Assembly (NCBI GenBank): GCA_963772835.1
Contig: CAVYYZ010000012.1
Location: 128,001 to 192,000 of the forward strand
Source: an uncultured delta proteobacterium
GTDB lineage: Bacteria; Desulfobacterota; Desulfuromonadia; Geobacterales; Pseudopelobacteraceae
DNA length: 64,000 nt
Direction of reading: 5' to 3'
Below are positions 42,175-53,261 of this stretch, one piece after another. The position numbers and the translations under genes were made by a program. The notes under the pieces are model-generated. The model made no database searches, was not told the origin of the DNA, and saw only the letters and a program-made list of their open reading frames with translations. Within the stretch, counting starts at the first letter, position 1. Each line of letters opens with the position of its first letter.

Positions 42175-42285
42175 GCAGCCCCGTTTTAAAATTATTGTTT
42201 TTACATTTCTGAGTATTTATGGATTTTCACACAGGAAACGGGTAAACTGCCGCTCCGTGGGCATTATAGCGACTCATACGGTAGC

Positions 42286-43560
42286 ATGGAGACTCGTGTG
42301 ACACAAGAACTTCAAACCATTCACCACTCAGTATGCAGCTTTACGCAACCGGGAAACCAGTGCCATCTCCTGGAGGGTAGTCCCATACCCACTTTTGCCA
42401 TCGACGATCAACACCATGTCATATTCTGGAACCGGGCCTGTGAATCTGTCACCGGTCAGGCAGCGAGAGATGTGGTTGGTACAAACCGGCATTGGGCGGC
42501 TTTTTATACGGATCAGCGTCCGATTATGGCCGATCTGGTACTTGACGGCGCGACACCGGAGGAAGTGAGCAGCCACTACGGAGATCTCTGGTGGCAATCA
42601 ACAGTTATCCCGGGGGCATACGAATCGGAAGGGTTTTTCCCGGCCATCGGTACCGATGGCACATGGTTCTTCTTCACCGCCTCTCCGATCTGCAACGCAG
42701 ATGGTCAGACAATTGGTGCAATTGAAACTCTGCAGGACATCAGTGCAAGGAAACAGGCCGAAGAAGCGCTGCATGTCTATCAGAATGATCTGGAAGATAC
42801 CATTCGACGACGCACGAAAGAGTTAATCCTGACCCACGCCGAACTGGCTGTCAAAGCCGCCAACCTGCAAGAGATCAACGAAGAGTTATCACAATACGCC
42901 TTTGTCGTTTCCCATGACCTGCGTGCTCCGCTGCGTGCCGTCCGAAACTACACCCATTTCCTGCACGAAGAGTTGGAAACCCTCTTGAATAACGAACAGC
43001 GGGGCTATTTCGCCGGCATGACAACTGCCTTGAAATTCGGAGAGGATCTGGTGAGCGACCTGTTGGATTTCTCCCGGGTCGGGGGGGAAAACCTGGTCGT
43101 TACACCGGTTCCGCTGGATGAATTTCTGGCAGCGATGAAAAATGAGTTCAAACCACATCCCGACGCTGAACTCATCTGCTACAGCGGGATGCCAACCGTT
43201 CTCGCCGAACGAACCCTGTTGCGTCAGATTTTTAACAATCTGATAATTAACGGTTTTAAATTCAATTATTCCACTGTCAAAAAAGTTGAAATCGGCCTGA
43301 TATCCCACATCGGGAACTACTGTGAGCTGTACGTCCGCGACAACGGCATCGGTATCGACCCCCGCTTTCACAACAGGATCTTCAAGATGTTTAAACGCCT
43401 CCATACGCACAAGGAATTTGAAGGAACCGGCATCGGTCTTGCGATTGTCAGAAAAGCTGCCGCTAAGCTGGGGGGGACTGTCAGGATCGAATCAGAGGCC
43501 GGTGACGGTTCGTCCTTCCTGATATCGCTTCCAACAGCTGAAACGAGTGAAAAACTGTGA
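42286..43560 (+). CDS. Cytoplasmic PAS sensor histidine kinase (Cph1/BphP-type HisKA)
   Basis: PAS domain; VVSHDLRAPLR; RIFKMFKRLH...EGTGIGLAIV. Confidence 0.92.
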   Translation: METRVTQELQTIHHSVCSFTQPGNQCHLLEGSPIPTFAIDDQHHVIFWNRACESVTGQAARDVVGTNRHWAAFYTDQRPIMADLVLDGATPEEVSSHYGDLWWQSTVIPGAYESEGFFPAIGTDGTWFFFTASPICNADGQTIGAIETLQDISARKQAEEALHVYQNDLEDTIRRRTKELILTHAELAVKAANLQEINEELSQYAFVVSHDLRAPLRAVRNYTHFLHEELETLLNNEQRGYFAGMTTALKFGEDLVSDLLDFSRVGGENLVVTPVPLDEFLAAMKNEFKPHPDAELICYSGMPTVLAERTLLRQIFNNLIINGFKFNYSTVKKVEIGLISHIGNYCELYVRDNGIGIDPRFHNRIFKMFKRLHTHKEFEGTGIGLAIVRKAAAKLGGTVRIESEAGDGSSFLISLPTAETSEKL

Positions 43561-43847
43561 GTGAACAAATGTGTACAGTACTTGACGAACACAATAGTAT
43601 CGCAACTAAAAGAGCGCGAAATACAGGCCGGATGGCAACTCCGCTGTCTATTATCAACAATGGCGAAGAGCGTCTTGACTACCTTTTTCACCGGAGCGTG
43701 TATTCCGCTTCGGCATCATCCCCGCACCCCGGAATTCTACGGCCTGATCTCAACAAGCCGCGCATAGACGGGTTGTTGACAATCCGCACCATCAACCGGT
43801 TCTGGAAATTGGTTGAACTGCCGGGAGAACATCATGAAAAAATATAA
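43557..43847 (+). pseudogene. Degenerate, truncated Rcp1-type response regulator
   Basis: NGEERLDYLFHRSVY...SPHPGILRPDLNKPRIDG resembles the Rcp1-type DGEEALDYL...P.LILLDLNLPK.DG. The acidic pocket is eroded and the C-terminal half is missing. Confidence 0.7.
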
Positions 43848-45228
43848 CCTGCTGCCACAACTGAAAATCCTGCTGGTTGAGGATGATGAACATGATCGCA
43901 TCGCCTTTCGCCGTGCACTGCGCGGTACAAAAATGGGATGGGAGATCACCGAGTGTGTGCGGGCCGGCGATGCACTTGACCTTATCAGAGCGGATGCTTC
44001 ACTCTTCGATCTTGTCGTGGTTGACCATCATCTCCCGGGCCTTTTTGGAGCGGATTTCTGCAAAACTCTTCTGGCAGAGTCAATCAGTCTACCACTTGTC
44101 ATGCTGACCGGCAGTGGTTCCGAGTCGGTTGCTGTTGAAGCCCTCAAGGCCGGTGTCGATGACTATGTCATCAAGGACCCGGAGAGCACCTATTTACTGA
44201 TGCTGCCGCGCATTTTGAGCGATGCCGTAGCAGCGCATCGTGACCGGTCAGCTCGTACAGCAGCCGAAAAAGCTCTCATCGACAGTCAGGAGCGTTTGTC
44301 CGCCATCGTAGCCGGCCTGACAATTCCCACCTTCGTAATCAACGCTGCACACGTAGTCACCCACTGGAACGATGCCTGCCAGATGATTACCGGTGTACCG
44401 TCGTGCGATGTCATCAATACGCAGGAACAGTGGCGGGCCTTTTACTCGCATCAGCGTCCGGTAATGGCCGACCTGATCGTGACCGGCAGCATAGAAGACG
44501 TTGTTGCCCGGCATTACGCCGGCAAATACAAGCGGTCAGAAATGGTCAAAGATGCCTTCGAGGCGGAGGACTATTTTCCTCATTTCGGCGAAACGGGGAA
44601 ATGGATCTTTTTTACCGCCGCACCGCTCAAGGATTCGTCAGGGCGAATCATCGGCGCTATCGAGACTCTTCAGGATATAACCGATCGAAAAAATGCCGAG
44701 GTAGCGCTGCGCGCCAGCGAATCCCGTCACCGCGAATTAAGCATAACCGACGCCCTGACCGGATTGTACAATTCACGCCACTTTTTCAGCCGTGCAACTG
44801 AAGAAATTGAGCGTTCCAATCGGTATGGGTCGCCTCTTTCGCTACTATTGCTGGATGTGGATAATTTCAAACGCTACAACGACACCTACGGGCATCTGGA
44901 GGGAGATCATGTTCTGGCCGGTCTGGCAGAAGTGATCCGCCGCGAGATCCGCGGAGCCGATTCCGCCTATCGCTATGGCGGCGAGGAATTTATCGTGATC
45001 TTCCCTGAAACGGAACCGACCGAGGCCCGGATCGTGGCAGAGAGGTTGAGACAGGCGTTCGAAGACACACTCTTTTCGCCGTTACCCGGCGAGGAGGTCC
45101 GCACAAGCATAAGCATCGGCGGAGGCTGCTATCGCCCGGAAGAAAGCTTGACCGCATTTGTCAAGCGGGTGGACGAAGCCATGTACCTCGCCAAAAAATG
45201 CGGCAAAAACCGGGTACTTTTTGTGTAA
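43834..45228 (+). CDS. REC-PAS-GGDEF diguanylate cyclase
   Basis: LLVEDD receiver, PAS, DALTGLYN, I-site RGAD and RYGGEEF. Confidence 0.95.
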   Translation: MKKYNLLPQLKILLVEDDEHDRIAFRRALRGTKMGWEITECVRAGDALDLIRADASLFDLVVVDHHLPGLFGADFCKTLLAESISLPLVMLTGSGSESVAVEALKAGVDDYVIKDPESTYLLMLPRILSDAVAAHRDRSARTAAEKALIDSQERLSAIVAGLTIPTFVINAAHVVTHWNDACQMITGVPSCDVINTQEQWRAFYSHQRPVMADLIVTGSIEDVVARHYAGKYKRSEMVKDAFEAEDYFPHFGETGKWIFFTAAPLKDSSGRIIGAIETLQDITDRKNAEVALRASESRHRELSITDALTGLYNSRHFFSRATEEIERSNRYGSPLSLLLLDVDNFKRYNDTYGHLEGDHVLAGLAEVIRREIRGADSAYRYGGEEFIVIFPETEPTEARIVAERLRQAFEDTLFSPLPGEEVRTSISIGGGCYRPEESLTAFVKRVDEAMYLAKKCGKNRVLFV

Positions 45229-45351
45229 TTCGGCTTTTTGCCTCACCTCCCTGATGGACGAAGGTGATAGAGAGCATGAGTCTGCTCAAATCATGTACTT
45301 CTTTGAAAATCCGGGTTCAGAGAACTTTCTAGGGACTCAAGGGTATAACTC

Positions 45352-47319
45352 ATGACCGATACGGCAATTCCGGCGTCACACGATGAGGGCTATAAGAAAC
45401 TCTTTTCAGAAATGATTGATGGTTTTGTACTCCATGAAGCCATCTGTGATAAACACGGCAAACCTTTTGACTATCGTTTTCTGGAAATCAATCATTCATT
45501 CGAACAAATAACCGGTTTAATCCCTTCACGTATTATCGGAAAAACCTTACGGGATGTCATTCCCGAAACCGCCGGTTCCCTGATAGAAGGATTCGAGGCG
45601 GTCATGCTGACCGGAAAGCCGAGGATATTCGAGCGGTATGCGCCCGATCTCGACAGGTTTCTGAAAATTTCCGCATATCAAATCTCTCCCGACCTTCTGG
45701 CATGCGTCATAGTCGATATTTCAGAACACAAGCGCCTAGAGGACTCTCTCCGTGAAAGCGAAGCAACATTCCGCGCGCATGTTGAAAACTCCTTTGACGT
45801 AATCTTCACTCTCAACGCTATGGGCACGTTCGCTTTTGTCTCCCCCGCCTGGGAGAGGCACTTCGGCTATCCTGCCAGCGATGTCATGGGGGAAAACTTT
45901 GCACTGTTCGTTCACCCGGATGATGTATCCCCATGCGTTGAATATCTCACGAATATCCTGACCACCGGCCGGAGCGGCACCAGCCCCATGTATCGTGTTA
46001 AATGTTCGGACGGTTCATATCGGAGCTTTGTTGCCAACGGGATGCCCTACATCGACACGAAAGGTCAGCTCTTGTTTATTGGAGTCGGGCACGATGTCAC
46101 CGATCAGTTGCAGGCCGAGCGGGATCGACTCGATTTCGAGCGTCAACTGCTGCATACCCAGAAACTGGAGAGCCTGGGTGTTCTGGCCGGCGGCATCGCC
46201 CATGATTTTAACAACCTTCTGTTGACGATTCTTGGTAATGTTGAACTGGCGGCGCTGAACATTTCTCCCGATTCAACGGCGTACAGGCTCCTCGAGCAGG
46301 CGACTCTGGCGGCCAATCGAGCGGCGGATCTCACCAATCGCCTGCTCGCATATTCCGGCAGGGGGACTTTTGTTATCAACCGGCTTAATCTGAACCAGCT
46401 TGTCAATGAAAATGCCACTCTGCTCAGAACTGCAATTCCAAGAACGGTTTCGATTGATCTGAAACTCTCTTCCGTACTACACGATATTATGGGCGATGTT
46501 GCCCAGATCCAGCAGGTTGTTATGAACCTCATCACCAACGCAGCGGAAGCAACTGAAGGTAAACCCGGGGAGATAACAATATCGACCGGCCTGCAACAGT
46601 ATGATCTTGCAGACCTGTCGGTAAGCAGATTGGAAGACAAACCGGAACCGGGACATTTTGTGTATCTGGAAGTATGTGATAACGGCATCGGCATGAATGA
46701 GCTGATTCAGCAGCGGATTTTTGATCCTTTTTTTACCACCAAGTTTACCGGCCGAGGGCTCGGCATGTCAGCGGTACTCGGTATAATCAAGGCGCACTCC
46801 GGAACCCTGTTTCTGGACAGCGCGCCGGGGAGAGGAACCACCATCAGAGTCATCTTTCCGGCCACAGCAGAGGCTGTGATACTGCCCGCTGAAAACGGGG
46901 CGGTCTTCACCCCTGATGTCAGCACCCCCCGTCTGCCCGGTACCGTTCTGGTTGTGGATGATGAAAAGTCCGTCCTCAGAGTCTGTGCCACCATGGTCAA
47001 GCTCTGCGGATTTATGGCCCTCACCGCATCTGACGGGGCGGAAGCCGTCAGCACATTCATGAAGCGAAGTGACGAAATCGACCTTGTCCTGATGGATCTC
47101 ACCATGCCGAACATGGATGGTGTGGCAGCTATGCACGAATTGCGGCGTATAAAACCGGATGTAAAAATAATTCTTTCCAGCGGCTTTAATGAGCAGGAAC
47201 TTGACGAACGCATCAATGGCCAAAACCCTTCCGGGTTCATCCGCAAGCCATACAGCATGAATAATCTTGAAACTGAACTGCAGCGCGTTATGCTCGGGTC
47301 GACCGTCAAAAAAGGGTAG
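45352..47319 (+). CDS. PAS-PAS hybrid histidine kinase with C-terminal receiver
   Basis: AGGIAHDFNNLL, FDPFFTTKFTGRGLG, VVDDE and MDLTMP. Confidence 0.95.
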   Translation: MTDTAIPASHDEGYKKLFSEMIDGFVLHEAICDKHGKPFDYRFLEINHSFEQITGLIPSRIIGKTLRDVIPETAGSLIEGFEAVMLTGKPRIFERYAPDLDRFLKISAYQISPDLLACVIVDISEHKRLEDSLRESEATFRAHVENSFDVIFTLNAMGTFAFVSPAWERHFGYPASDVMGENFALFVHPDDVSPCVEYLTNILTTGRSGTSPMYRVKCSDGSYRSFVANGMPYIDTKGQLLFIGVGHDVTDQLQAERDRLDFERQLLHTQKLESLGVLAGGIAHDFNNLLLTILGNVELAALNISPDSTAYRLLEQATLAANRAADLTNRLLAYSGRGTFVINRLNLNQLVNENATLLRTAIPRTVSIDLKLSSVLHDIMGDVAQIQQVVMNLITNAAEATEGKPGEITISTGLQQYDLADLSVSRLEDKPEPGHFVYLEVCDNGIGMNELIQQRIFDPFFTTKFTGRGLGMSAVLGIIKAHSGTLFLDSAPGRGTTIRVIFPATAEAVILPAENGAVFTPDVSTPRLPGTVLVVDDEKSVLRVCATMVKLCGFMALTASDGAEAVSTFMKRSDEIDLVLMDLTMPNMDGVAAMHELRRIKPDVKIILSSGFNEQELDERINGQNPSGFIRKPYSMNNLETELQRVMLGSTVKKG

Positions 47320-47347
47320 CCGGCATACTTTCCGACTACCCTTTTTA
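47308..47347. terminator. Bidirectional terminator between the hybrid kinase and gltX
   Basis: AAAAAGGGTAG...CTACCCTTTTT inverted repeat. Confidence 0.7.
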
Positions 47348-47401
47348 AAGAGTGCTGAAAAACAGTGCCCGTAGTTTCGGGCCGGGCACTAACCATATCG
47401 T

Positions 47402-48805
47402 TTATTTTCCAGCCACATACTCCCGCACCTTATGGATCCGCCGGACCGTCTCCTCCACCCCCAGCGTCACAACAATTTCTCCAATGCCCGGTGCCTGCGT
47501 ACCACCCGACAGGGCAATCCGGACCGGCTGCCCGACCTGCCCCATTTTCCAGCTGTTCTCGGTGCAGATTTCTTTAAAAAGCGCATCAATTCCGGCAACA
47601 TCATCCGCAGGTGCGGATAAAAGTTTCTCCGTAACGGCGGCAAAAACTGCCGACAGCTGTTCCTTGTCAAATTTTGACAGGGCGGCGTCATCATATATGG
47701 CCGGAGCGTTGTAGTAGAACACCGCCCGTTCGGCCATCTCTTCCAGCGTCTGGGCCCGTTCCTGAAGCGTGCGTACTACTGCCAGCAGATCCGGTCCATT
47801 GAGCGTCGTCACCTCACGTGCCGAGAGATGCGGCAGCAGCAGATTGGCCAGACGCTCCGGGTCGCCGGTTTTAATATAATGGGCATTCAACCAGTTCAGC
47901 TTCTCGGTGTTAAAAACAGAGGCAGACCGCCCCACATTACCGATATCAAATTTCTGAGTCATTTCCGCCCGGCTGAAAATCTCGTCATCGCCATTGCTCC
48001 ACCCCAACCTGACCAGATAATTTATCAGCGCCTCAGGCAGATATCCCATGTCCCGGTAAGAAATGACGCTGGTTGCGCCATGCCGTTTAGAGAGGCGCGC
48101 TTTGTCAGATCCGAGAATCATCGGAACATGAGCAAATTGAGGCACTGGAAAACCAAGTGCCTCGTAGAGCTGAATCTGCCGCGGAGTGTTGTTAACATGG
48201 TCGTCACCCCGGATAACCGTCGTAATGCGCATGGTGGCGTCGTCGATCACTACACAGAAATTGTACGTCGGTGTGCCGTCGGTGCGTTGGATGATCAGAT
48301 CATCCAGCTCTTCATTTGGAAACGTAATGGTTCCCTTGATCAGATCATCAAAAGAGGTCACTCCGTCCTGTGGTGCTCGAAAACGAACCACATATGGTGG
48401 CCCATCCGGCTGGTTGGCGCTCTCACGGCATTTTCCGTCATATTTCGGCTTTCGCCCCTCCTGCATGGCCACATTACGTTTTGCATCAAGTTCCTCGGCT
48501 GTGCAGTAGCATTTGTAAGCTTTGCCGGCATCCAGCATTTTTCCGACATACTCCTTATAGAGCGGGAACGAATCTGACTGGTAGTAGGGTCCCTCGTCCC
48601 ACTCCAGTCCAAGCCACTTCATTCCCTCCAGAATGGCATTCACAGACTCCTTGGTGGAACGCTCCACATCCGTGTCCTCTATGCGTAGAATGAAGGTGCC
48701 TCCCAGTTTGCGGGCCAGCAGCCAGTTAAAAAGAGCTGTACGCGCTCCGCCGACATGAAGATAACCGGTTGGGCTTGGGGCAAAACGGACACGAAGTTCG
48801 GACAT
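47402..48805 (-). CDS. gltX: Glutamate--tRNA ligase
   Basis: [27 protein letters not shown] and LSKRHGA. Confidence 0.98.
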   Translation of the reverse strand: MSELRVRFAPSPTGYLHVGGARTALFNWLLARKLGGTFILRIEDTDVERSTKESVNAILEGMKWLGLEWDEGPYYQSDSFPLYKEYVGKMLDAGKAYKCYCTAEELDAKRNVAMQEGRKPKYDGKCRESANQPDGPPYVVRFRAPQDGVTSFDDLIKGTITFPNEELDDLIIQRTDGTPTYNFCVVIDDATMRITTVIRGDDHVNNTPRQIQLYEALGFPVPQFAHVPMILGSDKARLSKRHGATSVISYRDMGYLPEALINYLVRLGWSNGDDEIFSRAEMTQKFDIGNVGRSASVFNTEKLNWLNAHYIKTGDPERLANLLLPHLSAREVTTLNGPDLLAVVRTLQERAQTLEEMAERAVFYYNAPAIYDDAALSKFDKEQLSAVFAAVTEKLLSAPADDVAGIDALFKEICTENSWKMGQVGQPVRIALSGGTQAPGIGEIVVTLGVEETVRRIHKVREYVAGK

Positions 48806-48975
48806 TGAGTAACTCCTTTTTCTGGCGCTGTTTACGTAGATATTGTGAGTTGAGACTATAGCATTCCCGGGTACTCTGAAAAAGTTTTTTCTCCCTGTTT
48901 GAATGCTTTAAACTTTGACAAGGGCATGATCAATCGTGCTATTATTCACTCATAACAGTGTTCTGGAGGGTGCGC

Positions 48976-50838
48976 ATGCAAACCATTGATTCTTTGATCA
49001 GAGAAAGTTGCCAGAAATATAGTGATCAGCCGGCATTGCGGTTCAAACTCGCCGGAACGTGGCAGGACATGACATATGGAGCACTGTGGGAGTTGTCAAA
49101 TCGAATAGCCGCCGGCATGATCAAGAATGGTTTCAATGTTGGTGATCACGCCGCCCTTCTCGCGCCTTCTTCGCCACAGTGGGTGGCCACCTATCTGGGT
49201 ATTCTCAAGGCCGGGGGGGTTGTAGTCCCGATAGACAAGGAGCTGAAAGCTGCCGAACTGCGGCACATTCTGACCGATTGTGACGCCCGTTTCATATTCA
49301 GTGCCTCCCCGTGCCTCGATATTGTCCTGGAAATATTTTCAGATATCCCGGTTCTCGAACGTGTCATCACCCTCACGCCGATCGCATCGGAAGATGCCGA
49401 CTCCAGAGTCGTCCAGGTGCTGGACGCACTGATTGAAGAGTGGCGCGAACTGGTTTCCGCCGTGAATCTGCCGACAGACCGGCGCACGACGATTGAAGTG
49501 ATGGCCCGTCAGGCGTACCGTCTGCTCTGTCCGTCCTGCTCTGATAACGGGGCCAAGAAAGACCAGCCCGACCCGTTTGATCCGGTGGAACGACTCCGGC
49601 ACAAACTCACCCGTGAGGGGAAACTCCAGTCACTTGCCTCACTCTGCCACACGGCGCCGCTCCCGGTAAAACCACGTAGTCATACGGATACGGCTGTCAT
49701 CCTGTACACCTCCGGGACAACCGGACGCTCAAAAGGGGCAATGCTCAGTCACGCCAATATCGTCTCAAACATCAAGGGTGCTGCCGCGCATTTCCGCCTT
49801 GACAACAGCATTCACACCCTGTCATTCCTCCCGATAAACCATGTCTTTGAGCAGGTCTGCGGAGTTTTGCTGCCGCTTTCGCTGGGCGGGAGAATCTCTT
49901 TCTGCGAGTCGCTGAAAAAACTGGGTGAAAATCTTGCGGAGGTCAAACCTACTTTTTTTCTCGCGGTTCCCGTTGTGTACCGGATGATACTCGACCGTGT
50001 TATGAAGAACATAAACTCTAAAAAACTCTCGCAATGGCTTTTTTCGGTTCCGCTCACGCGGCCGATCGTCACCTCGAAAGTACGTCAGGCGTTCGGTTCC
50101 GGCACCATTTTCATCAGTGGCGGGGCGGCGCTTGATCCGGCCATTGCCAAGGGGATGACGGAATTCGGACTGTCGATCTACCAGGGGTACGGTATAACCG
50201 AAACAGCACCGATCATCAGCGCAGAGCAGCCGGGGGGCAAACGGCTCGGCACCATCGGACGGCCGCTGGAAAAGGTAGAAGTCAGAATTGATGGAGCAAA
50301 TGATGAGGGTGTCGGTGAGATCATTGTCAAAGGGCCGAATGTCATGCTGGGGTACTATAAGAATCCTCAAGCCACTGCAGAGGTGCTGTCCGATGGCTGG
50401 TATCGCACCGGTGATCTCGGTTTTCTCAGCCCGGACGGTTTTTTGACAATCAGCGGCAGGGTCAAGAATCTGATCGTAACGCCCAACGGCAAGAATGTGT
50501 ATCCGGAAGAGGTGGAGAACGAGCTTCTAAAAAGTCCGTTCATTTCGGAGGTTATGGTCTATGGTCACCGGGTTGGCACTTCATCCGAAGAGATTCACGC
50601 AATCATCTACCCCGATCAGGAGGCGCTCGACAATCAGTGCCAGTTAGACGGCAAGTGCCCGATGAGCGAAGCCGATGTAGAAGCGCTGCTGCGGGTTGAA
50701 GTCCAGAAATCCTGTAATGGCCTTGCGGATTACAAGCGGGTACGCAAGTTTACCATCCGCGAAGACGAATTCCCCAAAACAACGACCCGAAAGATCAAAC
50801 GCTTCGCCGTGGAAGCCAGCATTTCAACGGGGCATTGA
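48976..50838 (+). CDS. Long-chain fatty acid--CoA ligase (AMP-binding family)
   Basis: YTSGTTGRSKG, QGYGITET, YRTGDLG and GKNVYPEEVE. Confidence 0.9.
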   Translation: MQTIDSLIRESCQKYSDQPALRFKLAGTWQDMTYGALWELSNRIAAGMIKNGFNVGDHAALLAPSSPQWVATYLGILKAGGVVVPIDKELKAAELRHILTDCDARFIFSASPCLDIVLEIFSDIPVLERVITLTPIASEDADSRVVQVLDALIEEWRELVSAVNLPTDRRTTIEVMARQAYRLLCPSCSDNGAKKDQPDPFDPVERLRHKLTREGKLQSLASLCHTAPLPVKPRSHTDTAVILYTSGTTGRSKGAMLSHANIVSNIKGAAAHFRLDNSIHTLSFLPINHVFEQVCGVLLPLSLGGRISFCESLKKLGENLAEVKPTFFLAVPVVYRMILDRVMKNINSKKLSQWLFSVPLTRPIVTSKVRQAFGSGTIFISGGAALDPAIAKGMTEFGLSIYQGYGITETAPIISAEQPGGKRLGTIGRPLEKVEVRIDGANDEGVGEIIVKGPNVMLGYYKNPQATAEVLSDGWYRTGDLGFLSPDGFLTISGRVKNLIVTPNGKNVYPEEVENELLKSPFISEVMVYGHRVGTSSEEIHAIIYPDQEALDNQCQLDGKCPMSEADVEALLRVEVQKSCNGLADYKRVRKFTIREDEFPKTTTRKIKRFAVEASISTGH

Positions 50839-50867
50839 CTGTGGCAGAAAAGAGTTACACTGTCTCC

Positions 50868-51839
50868 TCATCCGCACCTCCGGGTGGGGAGACAGCTTCC
50901 TGATGATCGGCACCCCTGCCAACTTCCCCGGCGCGTTAACTCATTGACAATTGCATACCACATCTGGTTGTTCTTAAGCCCCCACTGTGGGGCGACGCAT
51001 ATATCAAGAGGAGCTGATCCATACAGCCGCTGTATGGATATGTGCGGCGGGAGCAGTTCCAGAAAATCTGCCACCGTCGTTACATACTGCTGCAGCGTTA
51101 AAGGCACAAACTCCCCGCGACGGTACAATGCAGCCAGCGCTGTCCCTTCCACAGCATGCAGCTGATGCAGTTTGAGCGAATCGATCGGCAGGCTGGCCAT
51201 CAAGTCGGCGGTTTTCAAAAAATCGGCGGCGCTCTCTCCGGGAAAGCCATAAATCAGGTGGGCGCAGATGTCTATATTCCGCCCGGCAGCCCGGTTAACC
51301 GAACCGGTAAAATCATCCAGAGTGTGCCCGCGATTAATGAGATTCAGAATAGTGTCGTCCATTGACTGTAATCCCAGTTCAAGGCAGACATACTTTGTTC
51401 GAGCGATATCCGTCAACAGGTCGAGGGCTTCATTTTCAAGAGAGTCCGGCCGGGTCCCGACCGAGATTCCGATCACATCCGGATGGTTGAGAGCGCGGCG
51501 GTACAGATCTGACAACAGTTCAACCGAACCGTAGGTGTTGGTATATTTCTGGAAGTAGATGATAAATTTTTCAGAGCCGAGCCGGATGCGGTGGAAAGCC
51601 ATACCCGCTGCCATCTGCTCCTCAAGCGGCACGATGGATTGGGTGCCTTTCGGGGAAAACGATACATTATTACAGTAAATGCAGCCTCCGGTCCCCTTGC
51701 TTCCGTCCCGATTGGGACAGGTGAAGCCGGCATCCACATTGACTTTGCTGACCCGCAGTCCGAAACGGCGACGCAGATAGCTCCCGTAGGAGTTGATATG
51801 AAGGTGCGGGTGGAGACGGTCGTCAGGAGTGGTTGGCAT
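50868..51839 (-). CDS. TIGR01212 (YhcC/YtqA-type) radical SAM protein
   Basis: FTCPNRDG...GCIYC (CX11CX2C), YFQKYTNTY, GTRPD and ELGLQS. Confidence 0.9.
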   Translation of the reverse strand: MPTTPDDRLHPHLHINSYGSYLRRRFGLRVSKVNVDAGFTCPNRDGSKGTGGCIYCNNVSFSPKGTQSIVPLEEQMAAGMAFHRIRLGSEKFIIYFQKYTNTYGSVELLSDLYRRALNHPDVIGISVGTRPDSLENEALDLLTDIARTKYVCLELGLQSMDDTILNLINRGHTLDDFTGSVNRAAGRNIDICAHLIYGFPGESAADFLKTADLMASLPIDSLKLHQLHAVEGTALAALYRRGEFVPLTLQQYVTTVADFLELLPPHISIQRLYGSAPLDICVAPQWGLKNNQMWYAIVNELTRRGSWQGCRSSGSCLPTRRCG

Positions 51840-52458
51840 ACTCTTCAATCTTTTTCAACAGGGTTGCGGTCGCGTTGCGTGGGTCGGGGGCTGACAGTAT
51901 GGCCGAGATAACTGCTATGCCATGGATGTGGGCAGTCAGGGTCTCGGCAAGATTTTCCGGCGAGATTCCACCCAGAGCAAAAACAGGGATCTCCAGAACG
52001 GCCGCAGCCTCTGCCAGTTTGTTGAGGCCGCATGGCTCGCCGTATGCGGCTTTAGAGGGGGTGTGATACAGTGGGCCGAACGTAACAAAATCGGCTCCCG
52101 CCGTCTGGGAAGACAGCGCCTCGTCAACAGAATGAGCTGAATAGCCGATTATTTTCTCCCGCCCCAGGACCCGCCGGGCAGCGGCGACCGGCAGGCTGTT
52201 GAAGCCGAGATGAACACCATCAGCCTCTACCGCAAGCGCGATATCCAGACGGTCGTTGAGGATAAGAGCGGCATCGAATTCCCTCGTAAGCACCCTCAAA
52301 TCCATGGCTAAACGGTATACGTCGGCACTTGACAGGTCTTTTTCACGCATCTGAACAGTTCTGACCCCCCCCTCAAGAGAGAGGCGTACCACATCGAGAA
52401 GCGCTCTTCCGCCTGTCTGATGCCGATCCGTGATCAGATACAGACGTACGTCAGTCAT
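51823..52458 (-). CDS. thiE: Thiamine phosphate synthase
   Basis: QMREK, LNDRLDIA, GVHLG, TPSK and ALGGI. Confidence 0.92.
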   Translation of the reverse strand: MTDVRLYLITDRHQTGGRALLDVVRLSLEGGVRTVQMREKDLSSADVYRLAMDLRVLTREFDAALILNDRLDIALAVEADGVHLGFNSLPVAAARRVLGREKIIGYSAHSVDEALSSQTAGADFVTFGPLYHTPSKAAYGEPCGLNKLAEAAAVLEIPVFALGGISPENLAETLTAHIHGIAVISAILSAPDPRNATATLLKKIEEYANHS

Positions 52459-52476
52459 CGGTCTCAATTGTGGCTT

Positions 52477-53256
52477 TCAACCGATAAGGCCATCCAGCGG
52501 ACTGGAGGCATTAGCGTAGAGTTTACGGGGAATCCGACCGGCCTTGAATGACAGTCTGCCGGCGATTACCGCCAGCTTCATCGCCTCCGCCATGGCAATA
52601 GGGTCCTGGGCACAGGCGATAGCGGTGTTCATAAGCACACCGGCACAGCCCAGCTCCATTGCAATAGCGGCATCTGACGCCGACCCGACACCGGCATCCA
52701 CGATGACCGGAACGCTGACATTTTCAAGAATGATGCGGATATTATACGGGTTACGGATACCGAGACCGCTGCCGATGGGAGCACCCAACGGCATGACAGC
52801 AGCGCAACCAAGGTCTTCCAGCTTTTTGCAGACGATCACATCGTCACTGCAATAGGGAAGCACCGTAAAACCCTCAGCTACAAGAATTTTTGCGGCTTTA
52901 AGAAGCTCTTCGTTATCAGGAAACAGAGTTTTTTCGTCTCCCAGAACTTCCAGCTTAACAAAATCTGACATGCCGGCCTCTCGTGCCAGACGGCAGGTAC
53001 GCACTGCATCGTCAGCCGTATAACAGCCGGCGGTATTGGGCAGCAGTGTGTATTTCTTCAGATCGATGTAATCAAGCAGCGATTCTTTGCTGCGATCGAG
53101 ATTCACCCTCCGTACCGCCACGGTTATAATCTGGGCACCTGAGACCTCCAGCGCCCGGGCGGTCTGCTCGAAGCTGGCGTATTTACCGGTACCAACCATC
53201 AGTCGTGAAGAAAATTCCCGACCGCCAATTATCAATGTGTCTGCACTCTGAGTCAT
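52477..53256 (-). CDS. thiG: Thiazole synthase
   Basis: [26 protein letters not shown] and VDAGVG. Confidence 0.97.
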   Translation of the reverse strand: MTQSADTLIIGGREFSSRLMVGTGKYASFEQTARALEVSGAQIITVAVRRVNLDRSKESLLDYIDLKKYTLLPNTAGCYTADDAVRTCRLAREAGMSDFVKLEVLGDEKTLFPDNEELLKAAKILVAEGFTVLPYCSDDVIVCKKLEDLGCAAVMPLGAPIGSGLGIRNPYNIRIILENVSVPVIVDAGVGSASDAAIAMELGCAGVLMNTAIACAQDPIAMAEAMKLAVIAGRLSFKAGRIPRKLYANASSPLDGLIG

Positions 53257-53261
53257 ACCGG

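Noticed and set aside
42175..42285. LexA/SOS box upstream of uvrB
   Set aside because: I could not find a convincing dyad motif.
47320..47401. tRNA gene next to gltX
   Set aside because: Only two hairpins are present; no cloverleaf, T-loop consensus or CCA end.
47828..48577. 249-aa plus-strand ORF
   Set aside because: Antisense shadow of gltX.
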